A stretch of 64,000 nt of DNA from Antedon mediterranea (Eukaryota > Animalia > Echinodermata). The stretch covers positions 20,150,001 through 20,214,000 of the forward strand of contig NC_092674.1 of assembly GCF_964355755.1 (NCBI RefSeq), written 5' to 3'. Below are positions 49,964 through 63,900 of the stretch, piece after piece. Both the position numbers and the translations under genes were made by a program. Position 1 is the first letter of the stretch. The number at the start of each line of letters is the position of its first letter. The notes under the pieces were generated by a model, which did not search any database, had not been told where the DNA came from, and was given only the letters and a program-made list of their open reading frames with translations.

Positions 49964-51143
49964 AAAACAATTAAGCATACAAAATGGTGTTAGCTTATTA
50001 GCTTGAATTATTGTAAGTAACTCAGAGGATAGAAATCTATTTTCTTAAATCACTAGACATAAAGGCTCATATTATTTTTTTATATCATATCTTTATTCCC
50101 TAACATTTTGTTAAGACATAGCCAATACATAGATAAAACAGAGGTGCTATCTGTAACCAAATCAAACATGCATAGAAGATAAAAAAGATATAAAAACATG
50201 CAGACTGAAAAAATAAACTAAAATAAAAGAATTTTCTATCAAGTCGTGTGTATGGTTTTGAGTGTTTTAGTCATTAAACAATTCTATATAAAAAAAAATA
50301 AAAAAATGTATAGATTACTATCAGCCTTACATTAGCAACATAAAAGTGTTTAATAAGTTTTAAAAGAAATTGAAAACCCTCTATCATAAATTTTCAGGAG
50401 GTAGATTACATCCATTATCCCTCATCCTAATTAAAATAACAGAGCCCATAATAATACAATGATAGCATACAATAGATGTGTGTACCACTAAAGGGAAAGG
50501 CGGGAAAGGTGTGTGAACAATCACATTTTGTTTTCAAAGAAAAAACAACTAAAAGGCATGTTTGTTTCCTTTTCAAATTAGATTGCAATAACATAAAGGA
50601 AAACAGATATAATAAAACAATGCCATGATTCATGACGCTAAAAGATAAACTTTTAATTTCAAAATTAATTCAAAACATGTACAGATATTACAACTCTTTT
50701 GACTAGAAATACCAAAGTTAATTTGATGCCCATGGGTAAATCAAGTATCTTGAACAATTTTAAATAAAAATTGACAACATTTTCAAAGTTCATCTGGTTT
50801 GAATCACAAATGAATATATACATTTCAAAATATGAAAGGTAATAATAAGTTTAAGATAAAGATGAATTGAAACAAAAGGTAATAATATTTAAAATATATA
50901 TATCTTAAACAAATTTTTGGATATTTACATAACATATATTTAATTTATTAATATTATTATAATTTCAAATATACAAAATACTGTATTACAATTTTGCTAC
51001 TCGGAGACTGTGGCAATTAACAAACTCATAGAATAATAAATAAAGACGCATACAACACAAGTTCTGGCGTCAATAGTTTAATTAGTAAATGAACATTCAC
51101 CCATGTAAAACTGCAAATAAAAGTCATAAGCAAATATAAGTTA

Positions 51144-52309
51144 TCTATATATAAATTTACGTAAGGGCAAAATTCGGTAAAACGCGCCTTACTTTTAGAA
51201 TTTTTACTCGATGGTATATAAAGTTGGTTCGTACTTTCGGTACTGATTTTAACCACCTGATGTAACCCTGTTTACTAATTAAATTAAGTTAGATAATTAG
51301 TTATTGACGATTAAAACGAATTTAGGTTCAACGATTTGCCCCAGATAGGGGTGTTTTCCGATCGTGGTATACACTGTCTAATGGATGTCCATCTTGAAAA
51401 ATACCCGCCACAAAAATGCGAGGAGGCTTCGCATTTTCCTATCTCCTCCTATGATAATTGTTTTTAATAGCTGAAAACCGGTTGAACAGCTCGAGTACAG
51501 TATCATAATGTTGAAGACAGGCCGATTTTCTTAAAAAAATACTATTTTGATAGATTTAATATACGTTTATACAAATGTATTGATTTGCGATGAATGGAAC
51601 ATTCCAATCTCTGTGTCGTTCCACAAGTGTCTATTCCCTCAGGCGTCGTAAAGGAAAGTACTGTATACTCATAACAGAAATTCGATCCATTTTTTTTTTC
51701 AATCTGTGCTGCAGAGGTTGGATATAATTTTTTTTAAACGGATAATGAGCTAGCGTTTTCAGTCGCCGTAATTTAATATTTATTACCGATTAAATCGAAT
51801 TTATGATTTGCCCCGAATAGAGGTGGTTTTCACAAATTGTTTAACATTATATATAAACATACGTCGTAGTGTATCGTTACATGTACTGTACTATTTCAAT
51901 CGACTACGACGGTGATAGTTTCAACAAAGTATTACATCGCAATGTTTTACTGTGTTTAGTGGTATATTATTTGTAAAACATGTTAATTAATATTTCGTTA
52001 CAAAATAAAGAATATATTTAAAAATTGTTCCTCTTTGCACCCATCCTCTTCCCCATCTCTCAACCATAATGTTACATACAAAACACAAATTAAGTTTGTT
52101 TAAATTTGACTTAAACAATTGGTCTCATTTTGTGACAACTTTCTCTTTCGGAAGTAATTCCCAGTGTGCTAATTTTAGTTGAGTACATAAATCACAGTGT
52201 CTATTTAATCGTTCCTGTAAACGACATATATTATTGTCCTGCATTATTGTACATTTGAAATCGCCAGTTTTTTAACGCTGAAATTACTGTGTATTCGAGA
52301 ACCATCTAG
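51144..52309 (+). mobile_element. Non-autonomous Helitron-like element, copy 1
   Basis: A|TCTATATATAAA 5' end and CTAG|T 3' end, no TSD; the 3' hairpin is degenerate; a direct-repeat copy starts at 52560. Confidence 0.6.
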
Positions 52310-52559
52310 TAGCAATAATTTTTCTATTCTAAGTAAGCACAACAGGGATGCTCAGAGAAAAATAGCCCTATTGCTATAAGTGTCTAATTATTGGGTGGGA
52401 GGGAGGGAAAATTGTCTTCAACTTAATGTGATCGTGTTAACAGAGAGGGTGCTTGATTAAAGAGGTCGAAAACCCGCCCTCTCCATTCTTAAAATAGAAT
52501 TGTGTTCCCAATTTTTAGGAGACTTTATTGACTGCAGATGGAATGTAAGTTTACAAAAA

Positions 52560-53549
52560 TCTATATATAAATTTACCTAAGGGCAAAACTTTGGTAAATC
52601 GCACGTTAATTCTAGAATATTTACCCGATGGTATATAAAGTTAGTTCATATTTTCGGTACTGATTTTTACCATCTGATGTAACCCTGTTTACTAATTAAA
52701 TTAAGTTAGATAATTAGTTATTGACAATCAAAACGAATTTAGGTTCAACGATTTGCCCCAAATAATGGTGGTATACACTGTCTAATGGATGTCCATCTTG
52801 AAAAATACCCGCACACGATAATATGATTTGTATTTACCTATATCCTTGTACGATAATTTTTTTTAATAGCTGAAAACCGGTAGAACAGCTCGAGTACAGT
52901 ATCATAATGTTAAAGACAGGCCTAAAAAAAAATACTATTTTGATAGATTTAATATCGTTTAAACAAATGTATTGATTTGGGATGAATGGAACATTCCAAC
53001 ATCTCAGGGTATGTTCAGATCTATGGAGTTATGCTTTTGTATCGCCTAACTAACACTTTTGTTTCAAACTGAAGTGTCATCTATTTGGGCGAACATCTGT
53101 ATGCAGGAGTAAATTTGATTGGTTAGAGGTCAAAATCGTTGATGCATGACTTTCGTATCTAAGCGACGTTCGCTAATTTTGTATCTTAAGCTATCGTAAC
53201 GAACGAAAGAGTAGTGTGGTATGAAGTGGCTTCCACTAATCTTTTCAGACCTATTGAGTTGTACGCCGCATACAATACGAGAGCATAACTCCGAACAACT
53301 CTGAACAGTCTCCCTATAATTATTTGGTTTAACATAAGTAGGTAAATTTATGGGTCCCTGGAGGATAAACTTAAAACCTTTAGATATAGTATTGCAACAC
53401 GTTGACACTGTAAATACGTATTAACCACAAATACTAAATTTGGTGCTAATTATAGTTGAATACATAAATCATTGTCTGTTTATTCTTTTCTGTAAACGAC
53501 AATGTATTATAGTCCTGCGTTACGTATATTTGAAATCGCCAGTTTTAGT
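52560..53549 (+). mobile_element. Non-autonomous Helitron-like element, copy 2 (internal segment differs, 3' end eroded)
   Basis: Same A|TCTATATATAAATTTAC start; ~440 bp similar to copy 1, different at ~53000-53410, then re-aligns to the copy-1 3' part (TTGAAATCGCCAGTTTT). Confidence 0.55.
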
Positions 53550-53652
53550 AAATAATTATAATGATAAACATCCCAGGGCTTTTATTTGAATAAATACAAT
53601 ATATTTTAATGTTTAGAAAGCCGTGAAAGGTATACCTGTTAATAATATCAAA

Positions 53653-54469
53653 GGGCCTGTTTCTGCTGCAACTGCTCAAAATACGGTATAAAATACGGTA
53701 TTTTTTATACCGTATTTTTTATTACCCCGTTTCTGCTAACAATACTTCTTGGGTGGTTGTGTTAAATTTCATCTTTTTTACCCAAATTTCCATTCATTTA
53801 TTTGATCGATAATTAAAAGTTGCAATAAAGGAAGTTTTACGTCTCACTTTCAACAGCCTAGCCCTTGTGATAGAGATGTTGTGAGAGTACAGAAAACATC
53901 GTAATAGGGACAATTAATTCGTTCCCTCCCCGAGTTATTGTATTTTGCAATGTTGTACTGCTTTCGCAGGCTCTTCAGCTTTGAGTTTACTTGCTTTGGA
54001 GACAAGTCTATTCCATACACCTGCTTTATTTTTTTAGAAATGTCTTTATAAATGTTGTTGTCCCTTTTATTACCTTTTAGTTGGCCAGACATTTTAGCTT
54101 CCCCCCCACACACATTTATTTAGTAAAACTGTGACGTCTTCGCTCCACATTTTCGCCGAATATATCTATACACGTGTGTAAAGCAGCTGACAGCGACAGA
54201 AAATAAAAACACGAATGTTGACCTTTTGTCATGTAAAAAAAAATACGGTATTTTTTATTTGCAGCAGAAACGGGTACAAAAAATACGGTATAAATTTGTA
54301 AATACCGTATTTTATCCACAAATTTTGTGGGGAAAATACGGTATACAAAATACGGTATATTTTTTATGAGCGCAGTTTCTGCTGCCAAAAATATACCGTA
54401 TACTGTATATACGGTATTAAGAAAATACCGTATAATAAACGGTATTTAGTTGGCAGCAGAAACAGGGCC
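53653..54469 (-). mobile_element. PIF/Harbinger deletion derivative retaining a Myb/SANT-like (trihelix) fragment (53850-54113)
   Basis: TIR GGgCCTGTTTCTGCTGC / GCAGCAGAAACAGGGCC; 3-bp TSD AAA; many AAATACGGTA subterminal repeats; ORF ...NNIYKDISKKI...LSPKQVNSKLKSLRKQY...SGRERINCPYYD. Confidence 0.85.
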
Positions 54470-54892
54470 AAAGAAAAATTAATCATCTTATCTCCAAGAT
54501 GCAATACAATTTCCAATTAATAGATTTCTTTTGAAATTGATAATTCAGAGAAATTTGCGCGCGAGTGGTAACAATTACTAAGACAATTTGTTTATCAATA
54601 ATCATAGAGGTACACTTCATCTCTGCCTAATTTCATTATTGATTTCAAAAGCTGCGATAATATTATTCTTCAACGCCTTCCAAATAGGATCTTGTTCTCG
54701 ATTGAATGCATGACCCTGACCTTACGAGAACTGTATTGTGTTTGATGAAGTGAATATGAAGATGATACCAAAAGAAGCAAGTGTCATCTTGCAAAGTTTT
54801 GATAAAAATTAGTTATTATAGATGTCTATATTGCTTCAAAATAATTACGATTATTAATAGTTAGTTTTGCCTTTGTTTGATGTCAAAGTTAA

Positions 54893-55464
54893 AGACCCCT
54901 TCCCTGCAATTTTGGACGTTTTTTGGAAAATAATACATATATATAACTTTAAAAACATTAAACCATGTCATTCCTTGTCTTAAATGTACGTTTTATGGTA
55001 AATTATGATAAAAAGTGAGAAACAATGCACTACCTAAGTAGCTCGCGGCGATCGACCTCTCGTGGACGGTCTTAGGCCTAGCCTAGCTAGGCTTAGTTTT
55101 GTAGGCCTAGCTGGTAAACATCGGTAACGTACGAACATCGTACGCTACCTATATACCTAGCCTGACGTTGTATAGTTGCTGCATTAATTGTCTTTCTATT
55201 TTTGCCAGACTCCGTTGATACAAATTGGGGAGATCGATCGAAAAGTGGGCGAATTACAGGTGAAAAACAAAAATATAAATCCGCGCGCAATGCATTTTGG
55301 GATTTATAGCGGGCCGCTATAATTATTAGAATCGACTTATTTTTCACATTTTTAACCGTTTAAAGACGAAAAAAGTTATCGCAATAGGATCATATAGTAT
55401 TATTTTTACATTAAATATAGTTTGTGATCTTAAATTAGATCTAAAAAACGTAGGGAAGGGGGCT
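54893..55464. mobile_element. Kolobok-type non-autonomous element
   Basis: TTAA TSD (54889-54892, 55465-55468); TIR AGaCCCCTTCCCT...AGGGAAGGGGgCT with AG...CT termini. Confidence 0.75.
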
Positions 55465-57681
55465 TTAATAAAAGGTTATGAAATTTGTCATAGAAAGACT
55501 GGTTACAATTTTTATTTTAAATGACTATTTGTATTGTCTATAAAATTTAGACTAATTTTAAGTACGACTGACTGACCATGTACTGTAGTTTTAATAAGAG
55601 AAGGTACCGCATAAATTGCTAAATTTTTTCTTATTTTAAATAACTGAATAAGTAAACAGAGAGAAGAATAAAGACAGATAATAGATGATACCAATTTTAT
55701 ACGAAAATAATTAGATTTGAATTTACTGTATAATTGAGAAAAAAAATGACTTGTGGGACAGGGGTGATGCAAATAAACTGTAGCATTGTCAATTTCTCAA
55801 AATGTCAATTTTATGAAGGCATTCATGATGTAATTATGTCCATCACATACAGCAATATTAACTGTATAATTTTGAGGAAATGTGTTTTACAATATTTATT
55901 ATTTCTTCAATGACTTTATTCGTTTGAACTGAATAAAGGTATTTAGTAATTTTTCAAATCAGAAACTTTAATGACAAATCAATTAAATTATACCTGCCTT
56001 CGGAATTAGATGTCAATTATATTCAAGCTGGGTCTTAATATTTCTTTTCTGCTTCGGTGATCTTATAAACGCACTGTGATTTTCGCCACATAGATTCATT
56101 TGTCTTTTGTTTGGCGTACCGCATGGCAAAGTGTTACCAAGATGCTTAAGTTAATAATCTTGTTTTCTGTAGAAAAATCAATGCCTTTGTCAAAGGTGGT
56201 AATTGTAAAGATGAGTACAATGGTAGATTACTTAATGCCTTATTAAGTAAATAGAAATTGAATGCACTAGTATAAAGTAATACAATAGAGAGTGCTGTAT
56301 AAGTTGAATTGTGTGTGCTCAATTAAGCAATTTCTTTTGATATATTAAGAAAGGGATTAATTATTCATTATCCAACTATTTATCATATACTGTATTTCTT
56401 GACAAAGGTTAATTTTAATTCTCTCTTCTATTCATCTATATATAAATTATGGTTAATTCTGACATAGGCGAGCACAATGCAAAAACTTCTCTACAAATCT
56501 CCGCCTTGGATACCTACCTTATCTATCCGAGATGTACCGCGAAACGTAGATTTGATAACATTAGTGTGCACGCCGACGCTATTGTTCCATATTTATATCT
56601 TAGGAAGATATTATAAAGAGTTTTTTAACAACATTTATGATTTCAACATTGGATTTTCCTCTCAATTTCAATTCTTCCCGGTCAAAGTAATTTCCGGGTT
56701 TACAAGGGAGCAGTTAAAATAATAGATTTGACCCTAAAGGTGACTGGAAACAGGCACTTTGCATCAATCAATACAGTGTCCCTTTGGAAGACGAAAAAAA
56801 AATTGGCCATTAATCATAGCCATTTCAGTTTTTTGTTTATTTTAAAACATACCACACGTGTGTGAAGGTACAGTAGTTAAATAATAGGAATTATACTGCA
56901 AATTAATAAAGATCAAATTAAATATACGCCATAAAGAATCAGAATATATTGTGGGGAATAGTATTATAAAATTACATAGGGAGATTTGATAAGACATTTT
57001 TCGAGTGAAATCCCGATAGCTGAGTTTTATTGAGTAAGCTTGCAGGAATAACTGTAGGCTATCTTCCTGTGTCCCGTTAGGACCGAGATGTCTGCCCATG
57101 TTGCAAGCCGTAATGTCTTCTTTCTTGGGCCCACTCTGTCACGGCAGTTAGTTTCAAAAGATGATTAAATTAAATAATGTATTAATAATTATTAGGATGG
57201 CATTCATTTGAATAAACGCCTCTCCAATAAAACATCACTTTGAATAATAACCCCCCCCCCCCCCCACAACCCAACTATCTAATAAACGTCCATCCACATA
57301 TTTATAATAACACAATTAAATACTATTTGTAGTAGAATTCACCGCACTGTTATCTGCAATTTACCAAGCATTTGTTATTCTTTTTTACCACTTTTCATAT
57401 CTATGAGAGGATTTCATTTGATTATAAATGTTACCATATTATTAGAACTAAAAAATTTAACATATATCCCTAGAATAAGCACCTCCCTCAAATGACCTCC
57501 GCCTCCCCAAAGGGCCCTACCAAACAATAAAAACTATACTTTAAAATGTTATTAATCATCTAAAACACTGTGAAACAAAGTAGTTAAGTTTTACGAATGT
57601 CAAGCATTTTCAATAATGGTAACCGACAGAAAATGTGTATAAGGAGAACATTATCATTCCGAGAACCATCGTCTACACTTC

Positions 57682-57718
57682 CTAGAGGGGGAGCGAGCGA
57701 AGCGAGCTCACCCTCTAG
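57682..57718 (+). mobile_element. Isolated Helitron-type 3' terminus (GC hairpin and CTAG|T)
   Basis: CTAGAGGGGGAGCGAGCGAAGCGAGCTCACCCTCTAG is an imperfect palindrome ending in CTAG followed by T. Confidence 0.5.
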
Positions 57719-57981
57719 TATTATCAATTTATTTCTTTTTCATTATAAACTTTTTTTGTTCTCATTTTTAATTTATTTACAATCAATAATATTACATAGA
57801 TACATTGCCTTCTTAATATAATTCAAACTAAACAAAATTTGTTATTTACATTTTCTAATCAATTTTATATTTTTATTGTTTATTTATAAATATAATAACT
57901 TAATATTTTGCATTCATATATATTCACAATCCTTTGTAATAGTTTGTTTACATGATGGGATGTGTTTATTTCAATAGGTTT

Positions 57982-59279
57982 CAGGGGCGCAGCCAGCAAA
58001 GAATTAATGGGGGGGTCAACCAATATGCGAGTATTTTGCGAGCGAAGCGAGCAACCATGGGCTGGGGGCCAGGGGGCCGCCAAGGGCCCCCGGTTGGGGT
58101 CCAGGGACCCCAACCGGGGTCTAGCGCAATCTAGATCATTTGAATCGGTTTACGCACACACAAATATGACAATGTTAACACTAATAAACTGAAACAAAGA
58201 AAACAAAAACAACTCTCATTTTCATTACAGAACATTCCAGGCTGCCACAGACAAACACTTTTTTTCTTGCTTGTTTGTTGATTTGTGTAGAGAGGCTGTA
58301 AACTCAGAGGAGGAATTATTTGAATTCCTCCTTTTTCACAAATACAAAAGTTGCATGAAATGAACGCAGAGTTGCAAAAGTTTGAAAAAAGAAATTAGAA
58401 TGATAGCATGGAGTGATATTATTAAATGAGAACCTTAAGGTTAGAGTTCATACACTGTGCAAGTCCAAGAAGCTATCTTGGCTCCGTGTGTATGTGAGAC
58501 GCTTATCATACCCAGTACATACAATATTTTGTTTAAAAATATACCTATTTTGTTCGAATGTATAGTATAGGTGATAGCTTATACATAATTGTAATAACTA
58601 ACTTCTAAATTATTATCATACATTTTACGTTAGTTACTATAACGGCGCTCTAGACATCGCGTGATGCATCTTTAAACATAAGTTTGGAACATTCTTCTCG
58701 GCTTGGAGACAGAATTCGCGAATGACATTCTCTGTATTAATGTTCATGTTAAAGTGTATGTTCATGAGGCACAATCCCGAAAGCTGCTCATAAGACATGT
58801 GATTTCGCAAACAGGTTTTCGTTCTCCACAAAGTCGAAAAACTCCGCTCAGTAGACGTTACGGGAATTGGCCTACGCGATTAGAAGAAGTGAACGCACAT
58901 TCGGAAACACATCTGGATCCGCTAATTTTACACAGTCGCTTCTTCCATCACTGAAGCTCGGAATGAAGATGTTCGTGTCTTGGCAGATCATCGCACCAAA
59001 TTCAAGTTCCTTGAAGACTTCTTCAACATTACACTTCACGATAGACTCGGGTGCTACGCCAAATATTTTAAAGCATGACCTGTTATCGGAAGAAAAACGG
59101 GTTTTTAACTCGGTTTGTAAATGATCAAGAAGTTGATTTGGTAATAGTGCTCGGTAGTAATCTTCCACAGTATCTCCAGGATGATTTGATCTGTATTGTT
59201 GTCTCATGTTTTTATTTATTTTTTCAAAAAAAAAGGGGGGGTCAGGACCCCCGTGACCCCCCCACTGGCTGCGCCCCTG
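57982..59279 (-). mobile_element. Non-autonomous hAT deletion derivative, copy 2 (1298 bp)
   Basis: TIR CAGGGGCGCAGCCAG...CTGGCTGCGCCCCTG; flanking duplication AGGTTT; reverse-complement homologue of 13891-15157. Confidence 0.9.
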
Positions 59280-59382
59280 AGGTTTGTTTAGTGTCAATTA
59301 GCAAATATCATAATAATATTGCATGTAGAAATCATATAATTCAGTGTTAACCTGGTTAATGTAAGTTTACATTCTGTATTAA

Positions 59383-59519
59383 TTACAGTTGAACTCCTTT
59401 TAAGTTGATACACTTTGGCCTGTGGTCCCTAATAGGGCTGTTTGTTGAAACATATCTTATTTACTTCACAAGAAAGTGTTCACTTAAAAGGGATGTCCCA
59501 AAGAACGGTTCTATTGTAT
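59383..59519. mobile_element. Small Tc1/mariner-pogo-like MITE (degenerate)
   Basis: TA|CAGTTGAAC...GTTCTATTG|TA imperfect termini. Confidence 0.35.
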
Positions 59520-60939
59520 AATATGTATTGTTTTTTTTATTCATGTATTGATCATCAAATGAGAATTTATAAAAGTCATTTTTGTATAAAATTTCTAATT
59601 TATATTAATTAGAAATACTTTGATTTGATTATTTATGTACTTTTCATTTTCATTACAAGCGCTGAAATCACAATATGGATATATATGTCACAGACGAACA
59701 CCTGTATTTTAGTTATTATGAAAAATAGCCATAACACATAGGCTAAAGGAAAAAAAGAAAGGTTTAATTGATGGTTAAAACTATCAATATACTGTTAACA
59801 ATATTTACAACATATAATTGTTTAAATGTCAAATAAAATGTGTTACCAAAGGAAAGGTATTATTACAATTTTTTTTAATATGATCATTTAAAACACCTTT
59901 AATTAATTTATGACACTAATTAGACCAATATTCTATTACATCAACTGTTTATTCTCAAAATAAACAGTCATATTTTTATGCCCCGAAGTTCTGACGCAAA
60001 TCTACAATTGATTTTGATTACTCAATGTCATTGAAAAGAACGTTTATGTTAGTAATTCACAATTGTTTCCTTTTTAATACCACACACTTAGCACCTTTCA
60101 TCGGAGAAGGGATGAAATTATATCGGTTAAAATGCAATCATTTGTTTAGCAGTTGTCATCAAGCCAGTACTGACAAGGGCAATACCATAAATAACCTACA
60201 GCAAATTTTAAACCTTATAAAGAATAAAGATACGGAAATTATTAATTCTTTTTATGATTGATCTTCGTTGATCTACAAGGAAGCTGTAAAGTATCGAGGA
60301 AGCTGCGAAAATAACTTGTGTATTCATTAGTTTCCTGAATTGATTATGAAGTTCGTAATTAAGTGAGCTAACCTCTTCAACTTTTCTCGTTTTATTTTCT
60401 AAATGTCTTAAATAGGTGAAAGCATTTATTAAACAATGATGCGTAATTTTGTTAAAATTGCATGTTTTGTATGCCTTGGGCATTTTATGCGATTCGCAAT
60501 CGAACTAAAACATCTGTACGTGCCGCTGGACTGGTTCACTCATAATAGGAGCAATGCAGAATAAAAACATTTTAAAATGAAATAAATCTTGGGGCAAGAA
60601 AATTATTGTAATTATAGAGAACTAAAGGAATCACACTCTACTTGTCATAGACTTGTCAATCTCACAAAATCTATTTCTAGCTCATGTAAATGAAAAAAAA
60701 TAAATCAAGGTAAGGATTCTTCTAAGTCCAAATGATTACAGATTTACAGATACTCTTATTTTGGTATTTAATATGATAATTAATAAATCATAATTCTTTG
60801 TTTCTATGTCTTTGTGGAGAGTCTCTCAACTGTTATTTTTGTTATAACATTTATATTACGAATCCTGCCTCATTGATTTACATTTGTTCTGTCTGTTTGT
60901 TTGTGTTTTATATATGGTGAAATAAATGATTGCAATGCA

Positions 60940-63900
60940 AACTAGATTTGAACTCGTCACTACGGACGAGTTAGGTTATCCGCAGCGCAAAAGCCACGTG
61001 CACGTCATACGTTAGAATATTGCGCGCAGAAAAACGATTACGCAATTGAAAAAATGTTAGTGCGATCTCTATTTTGCGTCACCTCTAAGTATATACGGTA
61101 TAACACTATGTACTGTATACATACTACATACAGTGCACAATAGGTGCAAATAAGTGACCAAAGTTATTGACGCTTTTGAACCTGATGACGTCATAACAAT
61201 TTTAAAAATGGTAAATCATGCGAAAGATAATTGATTGATCTAGACAATATAAAAAAATTGAGTGAAATGGAATACGGATAAGTAGAGATGCGCTCTATTA
61301 AATTTGACGAGCTATGACGAAAGAGAAAAAAATCCTATATTTTATATTTGGGTGGCCATACGATGACGTCACAATGTCAAGTTAGCCATATCAATGCATG
61401 ATTCAAAAAATACAACTCATCTACTTCCAGAATATGTAATTTGAAAAAAGTTCACCACGTAGTTTAGAATTTATGACTGTTTAAAAAAAGGTATAATTTT
61501 GACGATTTTTTGAAGTTTTTCATCAAAAACACGCGCAAATTATCCAATTCTACGTGCTCGTGTGACGTGATTTTAAGTCGAAATTGATTGAAAATTTATA
61601 AATTTACTAGAAAAGGCTTAAAAAACAAAAATCAAGCAAAAAAAAGATGTTTTTGCGCTACGTGCGCACGCGCGCGTAAAAAATTTGCGCACGCGTGGGA
61701 ATTTTTGAAATGCTCAAAATGACATGAAACGCGTAGAAAGTTGATTAGAAATTGATTTTTCGCATTTTGAAATTTTAAACGCACGTGCGCGCGTAACTTT
61801 CTGTAAAAAATGCCATTTTCTCTCCATAGAAAGTTAGCGCATGATATGACTTAAATTTTTACCAAGTTTCAATACAAAATTACTTTTAGTTTTTATTCTA
61901 TGATCAATCATTGAAATTCATAAAATCGCACGTAACTTACGCTGCACGACTCTAAAGTCAAAAAACGAAACGTCCTGCACATCTACCGCTACAGGTCAAT
62001 ATTATGACAAAGTTACACAATCTTATGTTGGCCAGAATTACAGATATGCGTGCAACAAAATTCGTGGAAAGAAAGAAGAAAATAGAAAAAACTAGATTTG
62101 AACTCGTCACTTTGACGAGTTTGGGTTATCCGCGCAAATGCCCACATGCACATACTTAACCATATGAACCTCGACAATTATTATGCCATCCTATGACATG
62201 AAATAAATATGTTTACAGTGCTGAATTGTACCTATTATGTAGCATATATCATATTACAGTATTTTACAGAATAAACTGTATATGTTATATACAGTGTAGC
62301 ATAGACAAAATTACGAGACCCATCTTTTAAATCCAATTATTAATACGATGACGTCATCAAATTGACATATAAAGATAACATTTTTAGAAGATAATTATCT
62401 AAATAATTACATTAAAACAAATTAGAAGAATTTTGGGCACGTAAAAGTGAGATGCGCTCTATTTAATGTGATGAGCAATAACGAAAGAGTAAAAAACCCT
62501 ATATTTTACATTCGTGTGGCCATACGATGACGTCATAACATCCGAGGGGTAAAGATTCTGCATGAATTCATATCTACAACATATCTACTTACATATAAAA
62601 TTTAAAAAATTGGGGGTCGTGGATGGTCCTGATGAGCTATAATAGATTCAAAATTGTCATTATTTTGACAATATTTATAACTTTTTCAATTAAAACGCGC
62701 GCAAATGGTATAAATCAACGTGTTCGTGTGACGTCATTTTAATTTCAAATTATGTCAATCTTTTTTTAAATGACTAGGAAAGGTTGGAAAATCATAATTC
62801 AAGAGAAAAAAACATGATTTTCATGCTCCGTGCGCACCATACGCGTAAATTTTTTTTTGCGCGCGGGAATTTTTGACATGCTCAGCGTAGAAAGTTGATT
62901 AGAAATTAATTTTGCGCATTTTGAAACTTAAAATGCGCGTGCGCGCGTAACTTCTTGTGAAACATGCCATTTTTAATCCATAGAAAGTTTGCCCTTGATA
63001 TGACTTAAATTTTCACCAAGTGTCAATACAAAATGACTTTTGGTTTATAATCTATGACCAATCATTGAAATTCATAAAATCGCGCGTAACTTACGCTACG
63101 CGACTCTAACGTCATATAACAAAGTTTCCTGCACATCTACAGCTACAGGTTAATCTTATGACAAAGTTATAAAAAGTTATGTCTACAAATATTTGAGATA
63201 TAGCTGCAACAAAATTCAGGGAAAGAAAGAAGAACTAGACATGAAACTCGTCACTTTGACGAGTTAGTTATCCGCTCGACAAACGCCACGTGCACGTCAT
63301 ACGTTACAATATTGCGCACAGAAAAATATTAAGGCATTATGACCTGAACTGAAGAATATGATATGTTGTTATTTCTGAATTCTGTTATTTTGTGTCATAT
63401 AGTATACACAGTACAATCTGTATACATATCACAAACAGTGTAAAATAGGTGAAATTACGGGACCCGTATTTTATTGTAATTTTTAACATCTTGACGGTTT
63501 CAAAATGAAATGCAAAAGTAGAAATTTCAGAATGAAATTATCTCAGCAACAACATATTAACGTGTAGAAGAAATTTGAATACGTGAAATATTGATGCGCG
63601 CTCTTTTAAATGTAATGAAATATAATGCAACAGATGAAAATACGACTTTTTTTATTTAACTGGCCATATGATGACGTCACGACATTCAATTGGCACAATT
63701 TACACATGATTTTGTATCTACAATACAATAGCTTCCTGAAAACGTTTTAATCGTGATTATCACATTTTATTCTTACGAGGTATAACAGATTAAAATTTAC
63801 TGTAAAGATGAAATTAATGACCAACGTAATTTAAATTTTTAGGCATGATGACGTTAAAAAAATTAAAAAAATTTTAATTCATGCAAAAGATAGTTGATTG

